A program made the position numbers and the translations under genes. The notes below the pieces were generated by a model that was not told the origin of the DNA, did no database searches, and was given only the letters and a program-made list of their open reading frames with translations. From NCBI GenBank assembly GCA_038496445.1, contig JALMLS010000257.1:1-64000 (forward strand): a DNA stretch of 64,000 nt, given 5' to 3'. Positions within the stretch are counted from its first letter, which is position 1, and every line of letters starts with the position of its first letter. The stretch is from Trichosphaerium sp. ATCC 40318. Lineage: Eukaryota > Protista > Tubulinea. This document shows positions 61,339-64,000 of this stretch, piece after piece.

Positions 61339-63920
61339 ATGCGCTTCGTTTTTCTGTTCTCAGTTCTCATCTTTATATCACTAGGTACGACGCCATTTCT
61401 TGCTTTTTCATGTACTATCACGTGATCTTACTACTATTAAAGGCTTTTCGAATGAAAATCTACCCAAAACGCTTAAAAACCTAAGTAATCGAAGATACAA
61501 GTTCATAGATGTGACAGACCCGAATGCATGTGATCATATTTCTGAACCTTGTGCTAAACTAAACGATATCTGGTAACCACGTGATTATTTAGCGTACGAA
61601 ACACTTACACTCGAAACAAGGGGCTATGAAGTATCTCATGAGGATGAATCAACAGAGTATTACGCTATTGTAGGCATGGAAAATGGTATTGATTTCGTAG
61701 ACGTCACAAAACCAAAAGAGCCGAAACAAGTGAAGTTTATTAAAGGCTGTATAAACAATTGGCGGGATATCAAAAGGTACCAATAGATTACTTATCCGCT
61801 ATAGAGCCTTATAGTGACTAACACGTTCTTTAGTTGGGGTACAACTCTTTATGCTATTACTGAGTACACTCAAACATGCGCTTGCCCTGAAGGTAAAAGT
61901 GCATAACAATTGTGAAGATTCAAATGTATGTTAGGCGAAGCTTGCATGGAGAAACTAAACATTACTGCTCCCGCGAACTTAGTAGGAAATATGATTATGA
62001 CTGAAGGAAGGGATTCACCTCAGCTATCTAATATTGGACCAGTTGTACGTACTAATACGATACAACTTAATACTCAAACCAAAAATAGGGCGGAAAAGTC
62101 ACTCCTGTTTCTCCGTGGGAGGATAAAGCATGTGATTTTATTTCTAATGCTGATGATATAAATGGTAACATTGCCTTGATTCCACAGGGTGATTGTTCGT
62201 ATGCTCAAAAGGTTGTCCACGCTCAACATGCCGGTACACTTTTTCGCATTTTTGTATTTTGAAGAGCTTTTTGTTCACAAGTCACGTGGTTAGGTGCTAT
62301 CGCTGTTATCGTTCAAAATAACGTTGATGACTTTATTTACCCTGGGATGACTGGATGGATGATAAACCTCGAAAACGTTACAATATATCCTGGTATGCCA
62401 GGTGGACATAAAGAAGAAAACATAACAATTCCTGGTAAGTATTCCTCGTTTCTTCTCAAAAAACCGATTCAACTTGTGGTTGCCCTCTGCCTTCATTTTC
62501 TAAACCTTTTTAGTTGTGATGATCGGTAAAAGTGACGGGGAGAAGTTGCGTAACAATACAGATGTTGAGGTATTACTGGATTCGTCTGTTCGATTTCATT
62601 CAGATTTCTTTTCTCCTGGGCAAGGTACATCTATTTATAAAATGCCTAAGCATGTGATTTATCTGAGTATTTAGGCATTACTGTTATCGATATGCAAGAT
62701 CCACAAGAACCAATAGTGAAGTATCGCCATCAAACAGAGTTTGTATATTCTCATAATATCTACATTGAGACGGATAGATCATACATGTACGAACGACAAT
62801 TTTTCCAAAAAGTGTTTTTGCTAATGGGATTTAGGTATGTATGTGGTACAAGCAATGGAAGATTAGAGGATGGAAGAGATACCTGGAATTACGTAGCAAA
62901 CGGTGGTTTAGTTATATACAACGTATCAGACCCTGACAACTTACAATTGGTTGGCATGTGGAACGGCACTTACATCCATGATATGATGGTACCATATCGT
63001 AGCTTGTAATTTGTTCACACTTTTGATTCAGGTTCGGGAGTGTGATGGTGTATACTATTTGTTTGGCGCTAGTATCACAGACGATGACGTTTATGTTTGG
63101 GATGCACAAGATCCGTCAGATCTCAAAATCGTTATGAAATTCGAAGGTACAAAATCCAGTTTATTATTCTTTTTTAAGACATCGTCATTAGGTCGACAAG
63201 GTTTTGCTCACAATGCCTGGGTTGACGATACTTGTCGTATTATGTATCTTACACATGAAACTGAAAATGAGCCTATTACTGTATGGCAGTTCTTTGAGAC
63301 AGCTGACAACAAGATAAATTGGAATGTCAAACCAAAATGTACAAATCCATTTTGTAGAATGCGTGCTAACAGTCATTTTTAAGATTTGGGTTCACTTTCT
63401 TCGAACCAGTTTGCTGGAACTTTACCTCACAATGTAATGGTAAAGGGGGATGTATTATGGGCAGCGTACTACAGCGAAGGTAAGATATTCATTAAAACTA
63501 GAGTGGACACCACATAATAGTGCCTTGATTGATTTATGCTGTTCATCTGTGTTTTCATTTTGAAGGCATCAGAGGCAGTGATATTATCTAACGTGTTTTT
63601 GTTCAGGTGTAGTAGCATGGGATATATCGGTACCATCAGAGCCAACGCTAATGGCTCAATACAAAACATCTGATTTCCCTAGTACGAATCGTTCAACAAG
63701 TTGGTTTTTTTTGACAAGCAAAATTTAAGGTGGATTTCATGGTGTTTGGGGTGTTTATCCATTTGCTTCAAACGACTTAGTGTATGCATCAGATAGAGAA
63801 AATGGTAGGACATTACTTGGCGTATAAGTATAATTCCTCTCATGCTGTCATAGGATTGTTTATACTGGAGTTGGAAAACAAGCAAGTAAAGGAGGATACT
63901 AGATATAAAAGTACTTTACT
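61339..63920 (+). CDS. Secreted choice-of-anchor-B/LVIVD-type beta-propeller protein with inserted PA domain, multi-exon (3' end uncertain)
   Basis: NDIW|GY...EYYAIVG...FVDVT.P, WRDIK, SHNIYI, YIHD, AHNAW, PHNV...AAYYSE, WGVYPF. PA motif IALIPQGDCSYAQKVVHAQHAG|AIAVIVQNN. Confidence 0.7.
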
Positions 63921-64000
63921 CTTTTTTTATATGCTACTTTTTTACTGTTCTATTAACGTGACTGTAGGTGTTACAATCGTCCTGGGTGTTCTATCTGGTG

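Noticed and set aside
1-64000. tRNA or rRNA genes
   Set aside because: No cloverleaf or rRNA-like conserved segments recognised by eye; tRNAscan-SE or Infernal would be needed to exclude them.

Overview
AT-rich eukaryotic nuclear DNA with many short spliceosomal introns (mostly ~40-100 nt). It is probably an amoebozoan-type protist, inferred from an SH2 protein, a Dictyostelium CPRas-like vWA protein and a selenoprotein. About 13 intron-containing host genes are interspersed with a family of largely intronless F-box genes: 5 F-box/LRR, 1 F-box/MORN, 1 F-box-like/Cys-rich and 1 pseudogene. The main result is an unusual piggyBac-related DNA transposon system in three copies. An intact element (9691-12041) encodes a DDD transposase with a ~210-aa SAP-like/PHD/SAP cassette inserted between the 2nd and 3rd catalytic Asp. 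Two decayed relatives lie at 29144-30333 and 32634-34168. All three have 5'-CTC...GAG-3' ends, apparent 5-bp target duplications (GTTAT, ATTAA, ATTAA) rather than the canonical 4-bp TTAA, and bipartite ends with two sites 22 bp apart. Other highlights are a DEP-PH-glutathione peroxidase fusion with an in-frame UGA (Sec) and a type II SECIS hairpin, a TSD-flanked LINE-derived insertion at a CACGTG site, and strong enrichment of CACGTG. Exon boundaries were read by eye and are approximate.
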